From Butyricicoccaceae bacterium (GTDB lineage: Bacteria; Bacteroidota; Bacteroidia; Bacteroidales; UBA932): DNA of 64,000 nt. The translations under genes and the position numbers were made by a program. The notes beneath the pieces were generated by a model that ran no database searches, was not told the DNA's origin, and saw nothing but the letters and a program-made list of their open reading frames with translations. Of the stretch, positions 10,367 to 24,453 are shown piece after piece (within the stretch, counting starts at the first letter, position 1; every line of letters starts with the position of its first letter). The DNA is taken from NCBI GenBank assembly GCA_963617065.1, contig CAVENC010000007.1, positions 7,813-71,812 on the forward strand. Direction: 5' to 3'.

Positions 10367-11352
10367 TGTTCTTCGAATATCCTAAACTTCTTTGGTTGCT
10401 GGTCATTCCGGTACTTCTGCTGGCTCATTACATTTATATAGAGCTTTCCGGAAGAAGACCGCATCTGCGTGTGTCAGACATAAAATTCTGGAAAGCCGGT
10501 GGACATAGCGTGATGGAGGCGGTGAGGCATCTTCCAATGGTGCTCAGAGTCGTTGCCGTTACAATGGTCATAATCGCCATTGCTAGGCCGCGCTCTTCGT
10601 CTCAAATGGAAAAGATTGACACTGAGGGTATTGACATAGTGATGGCTATGGACGTGTCAACCAGTATGTTGGCCAGGGATTTCGATCCGGACCGTATAAG
10701 TGCGGCCAAGGACATTGCCATAGAGTTCATTTCCCAGAGGCCTTCTGACCGTATGGGTATTGTGGTTTTCGCAGGGGAAAGTTACACCCAGTGTCCTCTG
10801 ACAACCGACAGGGCCACTTTGATCAATCTGATGAAGGAGATCGAGACCGGACTTATCGAGGACGGTACCGCCATAGGAAATGGCTTGGCGACGGCTGTCG
10901 CAAGGATGCAGGGGTCTGACGCCAAGAGCCGTGTGATTATTCTTCTTACAGACGGTGTCAACAACAGCGGCGAGATAACGCCACAGACCGCTGCTGATAT
11001 CGCAAAGACTTATGGCATAAGGGTATATACAATCGGAGTCGGCGCCAACGGCACTGCGCCATATCCTGTGATGACGCCTTGGGGTGTGCAGATGCAGAAT
11101 GTGGAGGTCGAAATTGACGAAGACTTGTTGAAAAATATAGCAGAGACTACAGGAGGGCGTTATTTCCGTGCGACCGACAATACGAAACTCTCGGAGATAT
11201 ACAGCGAAATCAACAAGATGGAGAAAGCGCGTACCACCATCGACAGTTTCCCTGTTTACAAGGAACTGTTTGTAGGATTTGCACTTGTCGCGCTTGCCTG
11301 TCTGTTGTTGGAGATGATTTTGAGGCTGTTCGTTATACGCAGGCTTCCTTAA
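10366..11352 (+). CDS. batA: BatA VWA-domain membrane protein
   Basis: DVSTSM MIDAS motif, GTAIG, LLTDG, flanking TM segments. Confidence 0.92.
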   Translation: MFFEYPKLLWLLVIPVLLLAHYIYIELSGRRPHLRVSDIKFWKAGGHSVMEAVRHLPMVLRVVAVTMVIIAIARPRSSSQMEKIDTEGIDIVMAMDVSTSMLARDFDPDRISAAKDIAIEFISQRPSDRMGIVVFAGESYTQCPLTTDRATLINLMKEIETGLIEDGTAIGNGLATAVARMQGSDAKSRVIILLTDGVNNSGEITPQTAADIAKTYGIRVYTIGVGANGTAPYPVMTPWGVQMQNVEVEIDEDLLKNIAETTGGRYFRATDNTKLSEIYSEINKMEKARTTIDSFPVYKELFVGFALVALACLLLEMILRLFVIRRLP

Positions 11353-11359
11353 TGGATAA

Positions 11360-12373
11360 TTGGATATGATATATTTTGCTCAGGCTCAATATTTATTGCT
11401 TTTGTTCCTCGTACCGGTGTTTCCGATCCTGTACGGGCTTGTAATGCATTTGAGGAAGCGTCGTCTTAGAAAATTCGGCGACGAAGCTCTTGTGAATGAA
11501 CTGATGCCGTCTTATTCAAAGACAAAAGGATGGCTTCGCATAGTGCTGTTTTCACTGGCGTTCGCATTCTTTGTCATAGGCTTGTCCCGACCTCAGATAG
11601 GTGCTAAACTGAAAGAGCATCAAAGCCGTGGCGCGGAAGTTATGATAGCATTGGATGTATCCAACTCAATGCTTGCCAAAGATTATTCTCCGAACAGGCT
11701 TGAGCGTGCCAAGCTGGCGATTTCCCGCATTGTCGATAAACTTGACGGAGACAGGATAGGTCTTGTAATTTTCGCCGGAACATCTTTCGTTCAACTTCCG
11801 ATCACGACGGACTATGTTTCCGCCAAGATGTTCCTAAACAATATCTCTACAGAGTCCGTTCCGGTACAGGGTACTGCAATGGGGGATGCAATCAATACCT
11901 GCATCAAGAGTTTCAGCGCACAGAGCGAGAAAAGCCGGGCTATCATTCTGATAACGGACGGTGAAAATCACGAGGATGACCCTGTCGAGGCTGCAAAACA
12001 GGCGGCGGATATGGGCATTCTGGTCTATACAATAGGGGTGGGATCCGCTCAGGGACAGCCTATTCCGGTAAAAGACGGTCTGCTGAAGGATTCACAGGGC
12101 AATATTGTCGTAACGAAGTTGGATGAAGCCACGCTTAAAGAAGTCGCGTCTGCCGGAAAGGGCGCTTATGTGCACGCCGGAAATGATGAGTTTGGACTAA
12201 ATCCGGTGATCAACGATATCAAGAAACTCGATGCAGAGGAATTCAAATCAATAGTGTTTGAAGAGTATGATGAACAGTATATGTATTTCTTTGCAATAGC
12301 ATTGTTCCTGTTCGTCGTGGAAATGTTGATTGGAGAACGGAAGATGTTCCGTCAATTATTTGACAAGAGGTAG
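11360..12373 (+). CDS. batB: BatB VWA-domain membrane protein
   Basis: DVSNSM MIDAS motif, PNRLERAK, ITDGENHE. Confidence 0.92.
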   Translation: MDMIYFAQAQYLLLLFLVPVFPILYGLVMHLRKRRLRKFGDEALVNELMPSYSKTKGWLRIVLFSLAFAFFVIGLSRPQIGAKLKEHQSRGAEVMIALDVSNSMLAKDYSPNRLERAKLAISRIVDKLDGDRIGLVIFAGTSFVQLPITTDYVSAKMFLNNISTESVPVQGTAMGDAINTCIKSFSAQSEKSRAIILITDGENHEDDPVEAAKQAADMGILVYTIGVGSAQGQPIPVKDGLLKDSQGNIVVTKLDEATLKEVASAGKGAYVHAGNDEFGLNPVINDIKKLDAEEFKSIVFEEYDEQYMYFFAIALFLFVVEMLIGERKMFRQLFDKR

Positions 12374-12375
12374 AT

Positions 12376-13185
12376 ATGAAGTATTTGAAACATATATCAC
12401 TGATAATCACGGCTGTTCTTGTCTGCTCGTTGTCTGCGTCAGCCCAGGTGGACAGGAAGGATGTCCGTGCCGGCAATCGCAAGTTCGGCAAAGGGGAGTG
12501 GAAAGAAGCCGACATATCGTACAGAAAAGCGCTTGTGAAAGATTCTCTTTCAGTTGCCGCCAATTATAATCTGGCCAATACCTTATATCGCCAGCAGAGT
12601 TTTGATGAGGCCGGAAAAATGTTGGAGAAGATAAAGGATATAGCTCCTGCCGGGGCAAATGCTTCTGATTATTACTACAATACGGGGGACGTCGCTGTGG
12701 CGCAGAAGAATTGGAAGGCTGCAGTAGATGCTTTCAAAGAAGCTCTGTTGAGGAATCCTGCCGATATGGATGCGAAAGAGAATTACGTTTATGCCAAGAA
12801 AATGCTGGAGAAACAGCAGCAGAACGGCGGTGGCGGTGATTCTCAAAACCAGGACAACAATCAGAATCAGGACAATAACCAGGATCAGAATCAGGGCGAT
12901 AACAAGAACGACGATCAGAATAAAGATCAGAACAAGGACCAAAGCAAAGATCAGAATCAAGACAATAACAACAATCAGAATAATCAGAATAATCAGAATA
13001 ATCAGGGACAGAATCAGCAGAATCAGGGTAATGACGGTCAGGGTCAGCAGCCTGTGAAAATATCCCCTCAGCAGGCTCAGCAGATGTTGAAGGCAATTCA
13101 GGCAAAAGAGAAAGAGACTCAGGATAAGGTCAACAAAGAGAAAGCTGAAGCTCTGAAATCAAGGCAGAAGGACAAAAACTGGTAG
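12376..13185 (+). CDS. batC: BatC TPR protein with Q/N/D-rich linker
   Basis: Signal peptide, TPR motifs (YNLAN, YNTG), Q/N-rich tract, C-terminal DKNW. Confidence 0.9.
   Translation: MKYLKHISLIITAVLVCSLSASAQVDRKDVRAGNRKFGKGEWKEADISYRKALVKDSLSVAANYNLANTLYRQQSFDEAGKMLEKIKDIAPAGANASDYYYNTGDVAVAQKNWKAAVDAFKEALLRNPADMDAKENYVYAKKMLEKQQQNGGGGDSQNQDNNQNQDNNQDQNQGDNKNDDQNKDQNKDQSKDQNQDNNNNQNNQNNQNNQGQNQQNQGNDGQGQQPVKISPQQAQQMLKAIQAKEKETQDKVNKEKAEALKSRQKDKNW
12973..13005 (+). repeat. Coding 9-bp tandem repeat (AATCAGAAT)n in the batC low-complexity linker
   Basis: aatcagaat x3 followed by aatcag, encoding NQN repeats. Confidence 0.8.
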
Positions 13186-13244
13186 CGGCCGGTTATTGGG
13201 AAATAGGAGAAGTTGTTATAGAAAGCGTCTAAGAGGACATATAT

Positions 13245-15887
13245 ATGGTATCGTTTATAAAGAAATTGGTGTTGTCATCAGCATTGGTATTGGCAGGTTT
13301 AGCGGCGTTTGCCCAGAACCGAATCAAGGTTGACGCCCCCAATATGGTAAGTGCGGATGAGCAGTTCAATGTCACATTCATAATCGAAGGAGACGAGCGT
13401 CCGAGCAGTTTCAATTGGGAGGTCGGCTCTGATTTTTCGCTGGTATGGGGCCCTCAGAAAGGGGAATCGACAAGCATAAGCATCATTAACGGCAAACGTA
13501 CCAAGTCGTCTCAATATACTTTTACTTATATCGTCTCCCCTAAGGCGACAGGACATTTTGAATTGTCTGCGGCATCGGCAAAGATTAAGGGCGAAACAGT
13601 ATATTCCTCTACATTTCCTATAGAAGTCCTTGCTGGTAGTTCAAGTTCTTCCTCTCAGTCATCTTCGTCCTCTTCGCAGTCAAGCGGTTCGTCGTCCTCA
13701 TCGAGAGCATCCACAGTATCTTCCGATGACATATTCTTGAAGTTCTCGTTGAGCAAGACCTCTGCTGTCATAGGCGAGCCGATAACCGCCGAACTTAAAT
13801 TGTATCAGCGAGTTGACATAGCCGGGTTCGAGGGCGCAAGATTCCCTTCGTTCAACGGATTCTGGAGTCAGGAGACAGCAGCTCCAAGCAATATAGATTT
13901 TCATCGGGAAGAGGTGAACGGGCAGTTGTATAATGCCGCGCTTCTCCGCCGTTATGTGCTTATCCCTCAGCAGGCCGGGGACTTGTCAATCGATCCGGCC
14001 GAGTTGTCCTGTCTTGTAAACATAAGAACGGCATCAAGATCCAACAGCATATTTGACAGTTTCTTTGATACAGGCACGACTACAGTGCGCAAGCGTCTTA
14101 CGACCCCTACCGTACACGTCAAGGTCAAGAATCTGCCGGCAGGCGCACCTTCCTCATTCGGTGGCGGCGTAGGCAATTTCAAGATCTCAGCGCGACTCAG
14201 CAATGACAAACTTAAGACTCACGAGGCCACTTCATTGATAGTCACCGTGTCAGGACGTGGAAATGTCTCATTGCTTGAACCTCCTTCAGTGAAATTTCCT
14301 GCAGACTTGGAAGTTTACGATACCAAGTCCTCGGAGAATACAGACAAATCAACCGGCGGAACTTCGGGAAGCAAAACTTTTGAATATCCGTTCATCCCGA
14401 GAAGCTATGGAGAGTTCACAATCGAGCCGATTGAGTATTCTTATTATGATATAAGCACCGGAAAATATCAGACGGTGACTACCGAGCCGTTGGTGTTCAA
14501 TGTGGAGAAGGGTACGGCCACAGAATCTTCCGAAAGCCAGTCGTCCGGATTGACGATAACCGACCGCAAGGACGTGAAGAATCTTGGGGAAGACATACGG
14601 TTCATAAGCGCAAAGACGCCTTCCTATAAATTCCGCAACACATTCTTTGTCGGTTCACTGTTTTATTGGATAGTAGTGCTGATTATCAGCGCATTGGCTT
14701 TCTGCGTATGGTATGCTTTGAAAGGAATGGCGGCAAGGAAGGCTGACGTTGTAGGCAGCAGAAACCGCAGGGCCACCAAAATGGCATTGGGTCGTCTCCG
14801 TCTTGCCGAGGACTATCTGAAAAAGAATTTGTATTCAGCGTTTTATGAGGAATTGCACAAGGCCCTGTTGGGATATGTGTCCGACAAGCTGAATATAAGC
14901 GTGGAAGATCTCAATAAGGAGAACATATCCGAGCAGCTCCTGCAAAGGGATGTCCCTCAGGAACTTGTCGAACTGTATGTTTCGCTTATAGATTCCTGTG
15001 AGTTCGCAAGATATTCTCCGGATGCCGGAAATGAAGCTATGACAAGCCATTACAATGATGCTGTCAAGGCGATTTCATCAATAGATTCTGCAATGAAATC
15101 TCGTGTAAAAAGCAATAAGACATCAGGTGCGGCGATGCTTGTAGCACTGCTTCTGATGCTGCCAGGGGTATCAAGGGCTGATGACTCCTATTTGGATTCT
15201 TTGTGGCAGAAAGGTGTGGAGGCATATTCTCAGGGCCATTGGGATGAAAGCGTAAATGCCTGGCAATCAATCGGCCAGGTTGGAGTGGTATCACCTGAGC
15301 TGTATTATAATTTGGGCAATGCCTATTATAAGTCAGGAGATTGCGCACGTGCCGTTCTGAATTACGAGAGGGCATTGAAAGCCGATCCGTCATATTCGGA
15401 CGCGAGATACAATCTTGAATTTGCAAACGCACAGTTGAGGGACAAGATAGATTCCGTGCCTGAATTTGTTCTGAAGAACTGGATGCGCAAGTTATCTTAT
15501 CTGTTGAGTTCAAACACTTGGGCTATCTTGTCGTTGGTTCTGTTTGCCCTGTCGTTGGCATTGCTTATTATGTTTCTCCGCGGGACTTCTACAGGAATGA
15601 AACGGGTAGGATTCTATGGCGCGATTGTGATATTCCTGCTCTCAGTCAATGCGCTTGGAATGTCTCTGTGGCAGAAATCAATGTTTCAGACACGCGATCA
15701 GGCAATCGTAATGGCTCCTGTGTCATCCGTCAAGAGTTCGCCTTCAGCCGAGTCGTCGAAAGATCTCTTCGTTCTGCACGAAGGTACGAAAGTGACAATC
15801 ACTGACGGCTTGGGCGACTGGTGCAACATAGCTCTGTCAGACGGTCGTCAGGGTTGGATAAAGAAAAGTGAGATAGAGATTATATAG
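13245..15887 (+). CDS. batD: BatD-BatE fusion protein (BatD Ig-like domains, TPR, SH3-like C-terminus)
   Basis: BatD features to about aa 615 (CEFARYSP), then a hydrophobic signal-like segment, TPRs (YYNLGNAYYK) and the BatE-like end LHEGTKV..GWI. Confidence 0.85.
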   Translation: MVSFIKKLVLSSALVLAGLAAFAQNRIKVDAPNMVSADEQFNVTFIIEGDERPSSFNWEVGSDFSLVWGPQKGESTSISIINGKRTKSSQYTFTYIVSPKATGHFELSAASAKIKGETVYSSTFPIEVLAGSSSSSSQSSSSSSQSSGSSSSSRASTVSSDDIFLKFSLSKTSAVIGEPITAELKLYQRVDIAGFEGARFPSFNGFWSQETAAPSNIDFHREEVNGQLYNAALLRRYVLIPQQAGDLSIDPAELSCLVNIRTASRSNSIFDSFFDTGTTTVRKRLTTPTVHVKVKNLPAGAPSSFGGGVGNFKISARLSNDKLKTHEATSLIVTVSGRGNVSLLEPPSVKFPADLEVYDTKSSENTDKSTGGTSGSKTFEYPFIPRSYGEFTIEPIEYSYYDISTGKYQTVTTEPLVFNVEKGTATESSESQSSGLTITDRKDVKNLGEDIRFISAKTPSYKFRNTFFVGSLFYWIVVLIISALAFCVWYALKGMAARKADVVGSRNRRATKMALGRLRLAEDYLKKNLYSAFYEELHKALLGYVSDKLNISVEDLNKENISEQLLQRDVPQELVELYVSLIDSCEFARYSPDAGNEAMTSHYNDAVKAISSIDSAMKSRVKSNKTSGAAMLVALLLMLPGVSRADDSYLDSLWQKGVEAYSQGHWDESVNAWQSIGQVGVVSPELYYNLGNAYYKSGDCARAVLNYERALKADPSYSDARYNLEFANAQLRDKIDSVPEFVLKNWMRKLSYLLSSNTWAILSLVLFALSLALLIMFLRGTSTGMKRVGFYGAIVIFLLSVNALGMSLWQKSMFQTRDQAIVMAPVSSVKSSPSAESSKDLFVLHEGTKVTITDGLGDWCNIALSDGRQGWIKKSEIEII

Positions 15888-17830
15888 TGCTCCTGATGAA
15901 CTCTGACCGGAACTTTTTCTTCAAAACAGCCATCATATTGCTCCTGTTGGCTTCTGCAATGCAGTCTTTGCGCGCAGAATCCTCAGGCGACGGATTCCGT
16001 TTTGCCTTTGTAACAGATACGCATATTGCGCGGAATACTACATCTATAGCAGATTTAAGTGCTTGTCTTTCAGATATCAACAGATACGACTCATTGGACT
16101 TTGTCATATTCGGGGGAGATTTGACTGACTTCGGGACTGACGAAGAAATCGGTATCGCCAAGAGTATGCTGGATACGTTGAGGCTTCCATATTATGTGGT
16201 TCAGGGCAATCACGATGCGAACTGGTCGGAGAGCGGATGCAATACTTTTGTGAAAGTGTTCGGTTACGAACGTTTCTCGTTCAAACATAAAGGCTGGAGA
16301 TTCATAGGCTGCAACAGCGGTCCGGATATGAGAATGGCTCCGGGACTTGTCCCGAAAGAAACGATGGATTGGCTGCAATCCCTTGAAAATGAAGGGCGAT
16401 GCATATTCATCAACCATTATCCTATGGACTCTTCAGTTCTCAATTACTTTGATGTCACACGGCAGTTGAAGCGGCTCGGCGTTCAATTTGAAATAGGAGG
16501 CCATTGGCATAAGAATGTAGCTATGAATTATCAGGGAATACCCGGAGTTCTATGCCGTTCGTCGTTGTCTGCCGGCAAAGTCCCCGGCTATACAGTGGTA
16601 AGGTTGTCGGATGACCAGATAACATTCTCGGAGAGACGCATTTATGGCGAAACTGCCGTTGAATATGCACCGTGGCTTTCATATAATTTCCCTGGGATAG
16701 AAATAATCGACAAGGAAGTTTATGATGAAGACGGATTGCCGGAAGGTTATCCCTGGATGAGGTATGACGTCAATGCGCAATATCCGCAGGCGAAAGAGGT
16801 CTGGAAACAGAAATTTGAGGCTAACATAGCGGCCGGTTTTGCCGTCAGGGGAGACCGTGTTTTCTTCCCTTTGGCGTCTGGAGTGATGAAGTGCATTTCC
16901 ATAAAAGACGGTCACGAGATATGGTCCAAAGATTTCGGAGCCAAGATATATTCGACTCCGGCAGTGTCGGGAAGCACTCTGGTATTCGGCTGTACGGATG
17001 GTAATATATATGCGCTTAAAACATCGGACGGCACTGTGAAATGGACTTACCGTACATCCAAGTCGGTGCTTGCTTCACCGTTGATAATGAACGGAATAGT
17101 CTATGTTGGCGGTTCGGATAATTCTTTCAGGGCACTGAATCTTAAAGACGGCACTGCTCTGTGGACTTACTCCGGAGTTGAGGGCCACGCCATATCGACT
17201 CCTTATGGCGACAAGGAGCGCGTTGTGTTCGGAAGTTGGGGTAGGAAATTGTATTCTCTTAATCCTCAGACAGGAAGAGAGCAATGGGTGTGGACTGTGA
17301 ATAAGAGTTCCAGAATGTATTCTCCGGCGCATTGTGTTCCAGTTTATGGTTCAGGACGCATATTCGTGGCCGTGCCCGACAGGAAGATTTATGCCATCGA
17401 TGCAAAAACCGGAAAAGAGGTGTTCCACGTTGACGGAGGCAGGGATGCCCTGTGTGTCAGCGAGGACGGCAAGGCAGTGTATTCCAAAGTGATGCACGGA
17501 AGAGTTTATGCATTTCCTTCTGATGCGTCGTGCACGTCGTCGGACAAGACTTTGCCTTCATCTGACAAAATATGGGATGTCTGCGATAGTCTCGGGTACG
17601 ACATAGGGACTTCGGCTTTGACTGAAGTAGGCGGGACTTTGCTGATACCTTCAGATAAGGGCAATATAGTGGCGTTTGATTCTTCGGACGGGGGCTTCCT
17701 GTGGGCGCACAAGATTTCTCTCGCATTGGTCAATCCGCTGAAAATAGTTAACTTGAAAGGCCTGACTGGAATATTGGCATCCACAATGGACGGCACAGTA
17801 GTGCTGCTGGATGCCGGCAAACGGAATTAG
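15887..17830 (+). CDS. Calcineurin-like metallophosphoesterase with PQQ-like beta-propeller
   Basis: DTH, GGD, GNHD and GHWH motifs, then repeated A.D..G...W propeller blades. Confidence 0.88.
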   Translation: MLLMNSDRNFFFKTAIILLLLASAMQSLRAESSGDGFRFAFVTDTHIARNTTSIADLSACLSDINRYDSLDFVIFGGDLTDFGTDEEIGIAKSMLDTLRLPYYVVQGNHDANWSESGCNTFVKVFGYERFSFKHKGWRFIGCNSGPDMRMAPGLVPKETMDWLQSLENEGRCIFINHYPMDSSVLNYFDVTRQLKRLGVQFEIGGHWHKNVAMNYQGIPGVLCRSSLSAGKVPGYTVVRLSDDQITFSERRIYGETAVEYAPWLSYNFPGIEIIDKEVYDEDGLPEGYPWMRYDVNAQYPQAKEVWKQKFEANIAAGFAVRGDRVFFPLASGVMKCISIKDGHEIWSKDFGAKIYSTPAVSGSTLVFGCTDGNIYALKTSDGTVKWTYRTSKSVLASPLIMNGIVYVGGSDNSFRALNLKDGTALWTYSGVEGHAISTPYGDKERVVFGSWGRKLYSLNPQTGREQWVWTVNKSSRMYSPAHCVPVYGSGRIFVAVPDRKIYAIDAKTGKEVFHVDGGRDALCVSEDGKAVYSKVMHGRVYAFPSDASCTSSDKTLPSSDKIWDVCDSLGYDIGTSALTEVGGTLLIPSDKGNIVAFDSSDGGFLWAHKISLALVNPLKIVNLKGLTGILASTMDGTVVLLDAGKRN

Positions 17831-17849
17831 TCCCTGCAAGGGCATATAA

Positions 17850-21173
<3,324 letters not shown>

Positions 21174-21225
21174 GAATAAAAAGCGGTCTACGGCGTTTCT
21201 CTCCTCGCCCAAATCCTCACAACCG

Positions 21226-21762
21226 CTAAATCCCCATACAATATCTTAAATGCCAGAGCACGATGCCGGCGGTCACGGAAATGTTCAGTGAATGTTTGGT
21301 GCCGAATTGGGGAATTTCAATGACGTTGTCAGATTCATCTACAACAGCTTGCTGTACGCCTTCAACTTCATTTCCGAAGATGAGGGCGTACTTCTTTCCC
21401 TTCTCCGGAACAAATTTGTCCAAAGATATGGAATCGACAGCCTGCTCCACGCTTAATATCGTATAACCTTCACTATGAAGACGTTTGACTAATGCTAACG
21501 TGTCTTCCGCATATTCCCATTCGACACTGAATTCAGCACCGAGCGCGGATTTGTGAATTTCTGCTGAAGGCGGCGTAGCACAGATTCCGCACAACCAGAT
21601 TTTGTCTGCCTTGAAAGAATCTCCGCTGCGGAATACGGAACCTACGTTGTGGGCGCTTCTGATATTGTCCAGTATGATTGATATGCCGGAATCAGGAAGC
21701 TTCTTGTATTCGTCCGCTGAAACCCTGCCAAGTTCGATATTGAGTAATTTTCTGTTCTTCAT
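21226..21762 (-). CDS. SpoU/TrmH family RNA methyltransferase
   Basis: LDNIRSAHNVGSVFR, FGNE and HSLNISV motifs. Confidence 0.9.
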   Translation of the reverse strand: MKNRKLLNIELGRVSADEYKKLPDSGISIILDNIRSAHNVGSVFRSGDSFKADKIWLCGICATPPSAEIHKSALGAEFSVEWEYAEDTLALVKRLHSEGYTILSVEQAVDSISLDKFVPEKGKKYALIFGNEVEGVQQAVVDESDNVIEIPQFGTKHSLNISVTAGIVLWHLRYCMGI

Positions 21763-21857
21763 CAGTAAGGGAGATTTTGTAGATGTTGTGTTTCAATGTG
21801 TACCTAAAATTCAAGCATCTTCTTACAAATTTAAGGCAAAAAATAGATTATAAATGC

Positions 21858-21865
21858 TATATTTG
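21858..21865 (+). promoter_or_regulatory. Bacteroidota -7 promoter element for glyA
   Basis: TATATTTG matches TAnnTTTG about 50 bp upstream of the ATG. Confidence 0.6.
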
Positions 21866-21914
21866 CCAAAACTGAGCCTTCCTCAAACGAGACGGAAGGA
21901 AAATTTTTGACAGT

Positions 21915-23261
21915 ATGAAACAGGATTTGCAAATTTTTGATCTTATCAAGAAAGAGAAAGAGAGACAGTCTCAGGGACTTGAGTTGATTGCATCGGAGAA
22001 CTACGTGACTGACCAGGTCTTGGAGGCGATGGGGTCCGTATGCACCAACAAGTATGCGGAAGGCTATCCGGGAAAGAGATATTATGGTGGGTGCGAGGTC
22101 GTTGATCAGATCGAACAGCTTGCAATTGACAGATTGTGCAAGATTTATGATGCGGAGTATGCTAACGTGCAGCCGCATTCCGGTGCACAGGCGAATCTTG
22201 CAGTTGAAATGGCAGTGCTCAGGCCGGGTGATACTTTTATGGGACTTGACTTGTCTCAGGGGGGCCATCTTACACACGGTTCACCTGTAAATGCTTCCGG
22301 TATTTTGTATAAGGCGGTTGCTTATGGGCTTGATCCTGAGACCGGACGCATCGACTATGATAAAATGGAGGCTCTTGCCAAAGAATGTCATCCGAAGTTG
22401 ATAATCGGCGGTGCTTCCGCTTATTCACGCGAGTGGGATTATGAACGTATGCGTAAGATTGCCGATGAGGTAGGTGCTATTCTCTGGATTGATATGGCGC
22501 ATACTGCAGGACTTATCGCTGCAGGACTTCTCAAGAATCCTGTAAAATATGCTCATATCGTAACTTCTACGACACACAAGACATTGAGAGGACCTCGCGG
22601 AGGCGTTATCTTGTTGGGTAAGGATTTCGATGACCCTCAGGGAAGAATGACACCGAAAGGTGAGGTTAAGAAGATGTCCCAGATATTGAATTCAAGTGTA
22701 TTCCCTGGCATCCAGGGCGGCCCGCTTGAGCACGTGATTGCGGCGAAGGCTGTTGCGTTCTATGAAGCAATGCAGCCTGAATATGTGGAATATCAGAAGC
22801 AGGTTGTAGCCAATGCTCAGGCTATGTGCGCAAAATTCATTGCAAAAGGATATAAGGTCGTTTCTGGCGGTACTGACAATCACTTGATGCTTATTGACTT
22901 GCGTACAAGATTCCCTGAAGTTACGGGTAGGGTGGCTGAGTCTGAGTTGGTTAAGGCGGACATCACGGTCAACAAGAATATGGTTCCGTTCGATTCTCGC
23001 TCTCCGTTCCAGACTTCAGGTGTGCGTATCGGTACACCGGCCGTCACAACAAGAGGCTTTGTTGAGAAGGATATGGAAAATATCGTGGATTTGATTGATG
23101 CCGTACTCTCATCAGCTGCAGCCCATATCGACGCCATTACTGCGAAAGGTGAACTTACTGATACGCAGAAAGCTTCACTTGAAGAACACAGTGTAGTTTT
23201 GGAAGAGGTGAAGAGGAAAGTTCATATGATGACCGCCGGCAGACCTCTGAACAGATATTAA
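21915..23261 (+). CDS. glyA: Serine hydroxymethyltransferase
   Basis: [21 protein letters not shown] and [12 protein letters not shown] motifs. Confidence 0.98.
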   Translation: MKQDLQIFDLIKKEKERQSQGLELIASENYVTDQVLEAMGSVCTNKYAEGYPGKRYYGGCEVVDQIEQLAIDRLCKIYDAEYANVQPHSGAQANLAVEMAVLRPGDTFMGLDLSQGGHLTHGSPVNASGILYKAVAYGLDPETGRIDYDKMEALAKECHPKLIIGGASAYSREWDYERMRKIADEVGAILWIDMAHTAGLIAAGLLKNPVKYAHIVTSTTHKTLRGPRGGVILLGKDFDDPQGRMTPKGEVKKMSQILNSSVFPGIQGGPLEHVIAAKAVAFYEAMQPEYVEYQKQVVANAQAMCAKFIAKGYKVVSGGTDNHLMLIDLRTRFPEVTGRVAESELVKADITVNKNMVPFDSRSPFQTSGVRIGTPAVTTRGFVEKDMENIVDLIDAVLSSAAAHIDAITAKGELTDTQKASLEEHSVVLEEVKRKVHMMTAGRPLNRY

Positions 23262-23474
23262 CTCAACTTCTGACACCTTAGACTTGGTTGAAACCCCTAT
23301 TTTTGGTGTTCTGGTAAATCTTTGAAGTTGAAACGACAAGCCGCATTGTCGCCAAAACATTTTTTTTGACGATAGCGCTGTTTTTCTCGTTGCACTATTT
23401 GAAAGATCCGCATATTCTAAATGAAGAATTTTGCCGGATACGGCAGGGACGTTTCGCAGATGAGAAGTCGAGTA

Positions 23475-24437
23475 TTAAAATTCTTCGCGGACGTTATATT
23501 TGTTCCGCTCCGAGGAGTTGCGTGAAATCATCTCGCAGATGAATCCTGAAAGGAACAGCATCACGCCGAGTATCACGGCGAGAAGTGCAAGATAGAACAA
23601 AGGCTGATCCGTTACCTGACGATAGTGCACTCCTCCTGCCTGGTGAACCAACTTGGTAGCTATCAGGATAATAGTGAGAATAAATCCGGCAAGGAACATC
23701 AAGATTCCTGTGAATCCGAAGAAGTGCATAGGCTTCTTGCCGAATGTGCTGAGAAACCATAGCGACAGAAGGTCGAGAAATCCGTTGACGAATCGTTCCA
23801 TTCCGAACTTGCTCTTGCCGTATTTTCTTTTCTGATGGTGTACGGGCTTTTCCGTTATTCTTTCGAATCCGGCATTCTTTGCAAGATACGGAATGTATCT
23901 GTGCATCTCGCCGTAAACTTCGATATTCTTGATTACCTCGTTCTTGTAGGCCTTCAGCCCGCAATTCATATCGTGCAGGTGAATTCCTGTAATCCATCTG
24001 GCTGTAGCGTTGTACAACTTGGACGGCAGATTCTTCGTCAGTTTGTTGTCCTGGCGGTGTTGCTTCCAACCGGAAACCACGTCCCAGTCTTCCTCTGTGA
24101 CCATTCGGAACATCTCCGGAATCTCCTCGGGAGAATCCTGCAAGTCAGCGTCCATTGTGACTACAACCTTTCCACTTGCAGTCTTGAAACCGTGGTAGAG
24201 TGCCGCAGATTTGCCATAATTTCTTCTGAAACGTATGCCGTGTATTGTAGGGTCCGATTCCGCGAGCTTTTGCACAGTGTCCCACGAACCGTCCTTGCTG
24301 CCGTCATCTACCATCAATATCTCGTACTTCCATCCTTTATCGTCTATTGTCCGGTGAATCCAGGATACGAGTTCAGGCAATGACTCGTTCTCATTGAGAA
24401 AAGGAATTATGATTGTGAGGTCCAGAGGGTATTCCAT
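23475..24437 (-). CDS. Glycosyltransferase family 2 (ArnC/GtrB-like)
   Basis: DDGSKD, RNYGKS and MDADLQD motifs, two C-terminal TM segments. Confidence 0.92.
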   Translation of the reverse strand: MEYPLDLTIIIPFLNENESLPELVSWIHRTIDDKGWKYEILMVDDGSKDGSWDTVQKLAESDPTIHGIRFRRNYGKSAALYHGFKTASGKVVVTMDADLQDSPEEIPEMFRMVTEEDWDVVSGWKQHRQDNKLTKNLPSKLYNATARWITGIHLHDMNCGLKAYKNEVIKNIEVYGEMHRYIPYLAKNAGFERITEKPVHHQKRKYGKSKFGMERFVNGFLDLLSLWFLSTFGKKPMHFFGFTGILMFLAGFILTIILIATKLVHQAGGVHYRQVTDQPLFYLALLAVILGVMLFLSGFICEMISRNSSERNKYNVREEF

Positions 24438-24453
24438 TGTGCTGAGTCTTTGA

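Noticed and set aside
12583..13105. Overlapping and antisense ORFs with repetitive I/L/R or D/S sequence
   Set aside because: Shadow frames of the Q/N-rich batC linker.
23320..23405. Long imperfect hairpin between the convergent glyA and GT2 genes
   Set aside because: Weak pairing, no second copy seen, plausibly just a terminator region.
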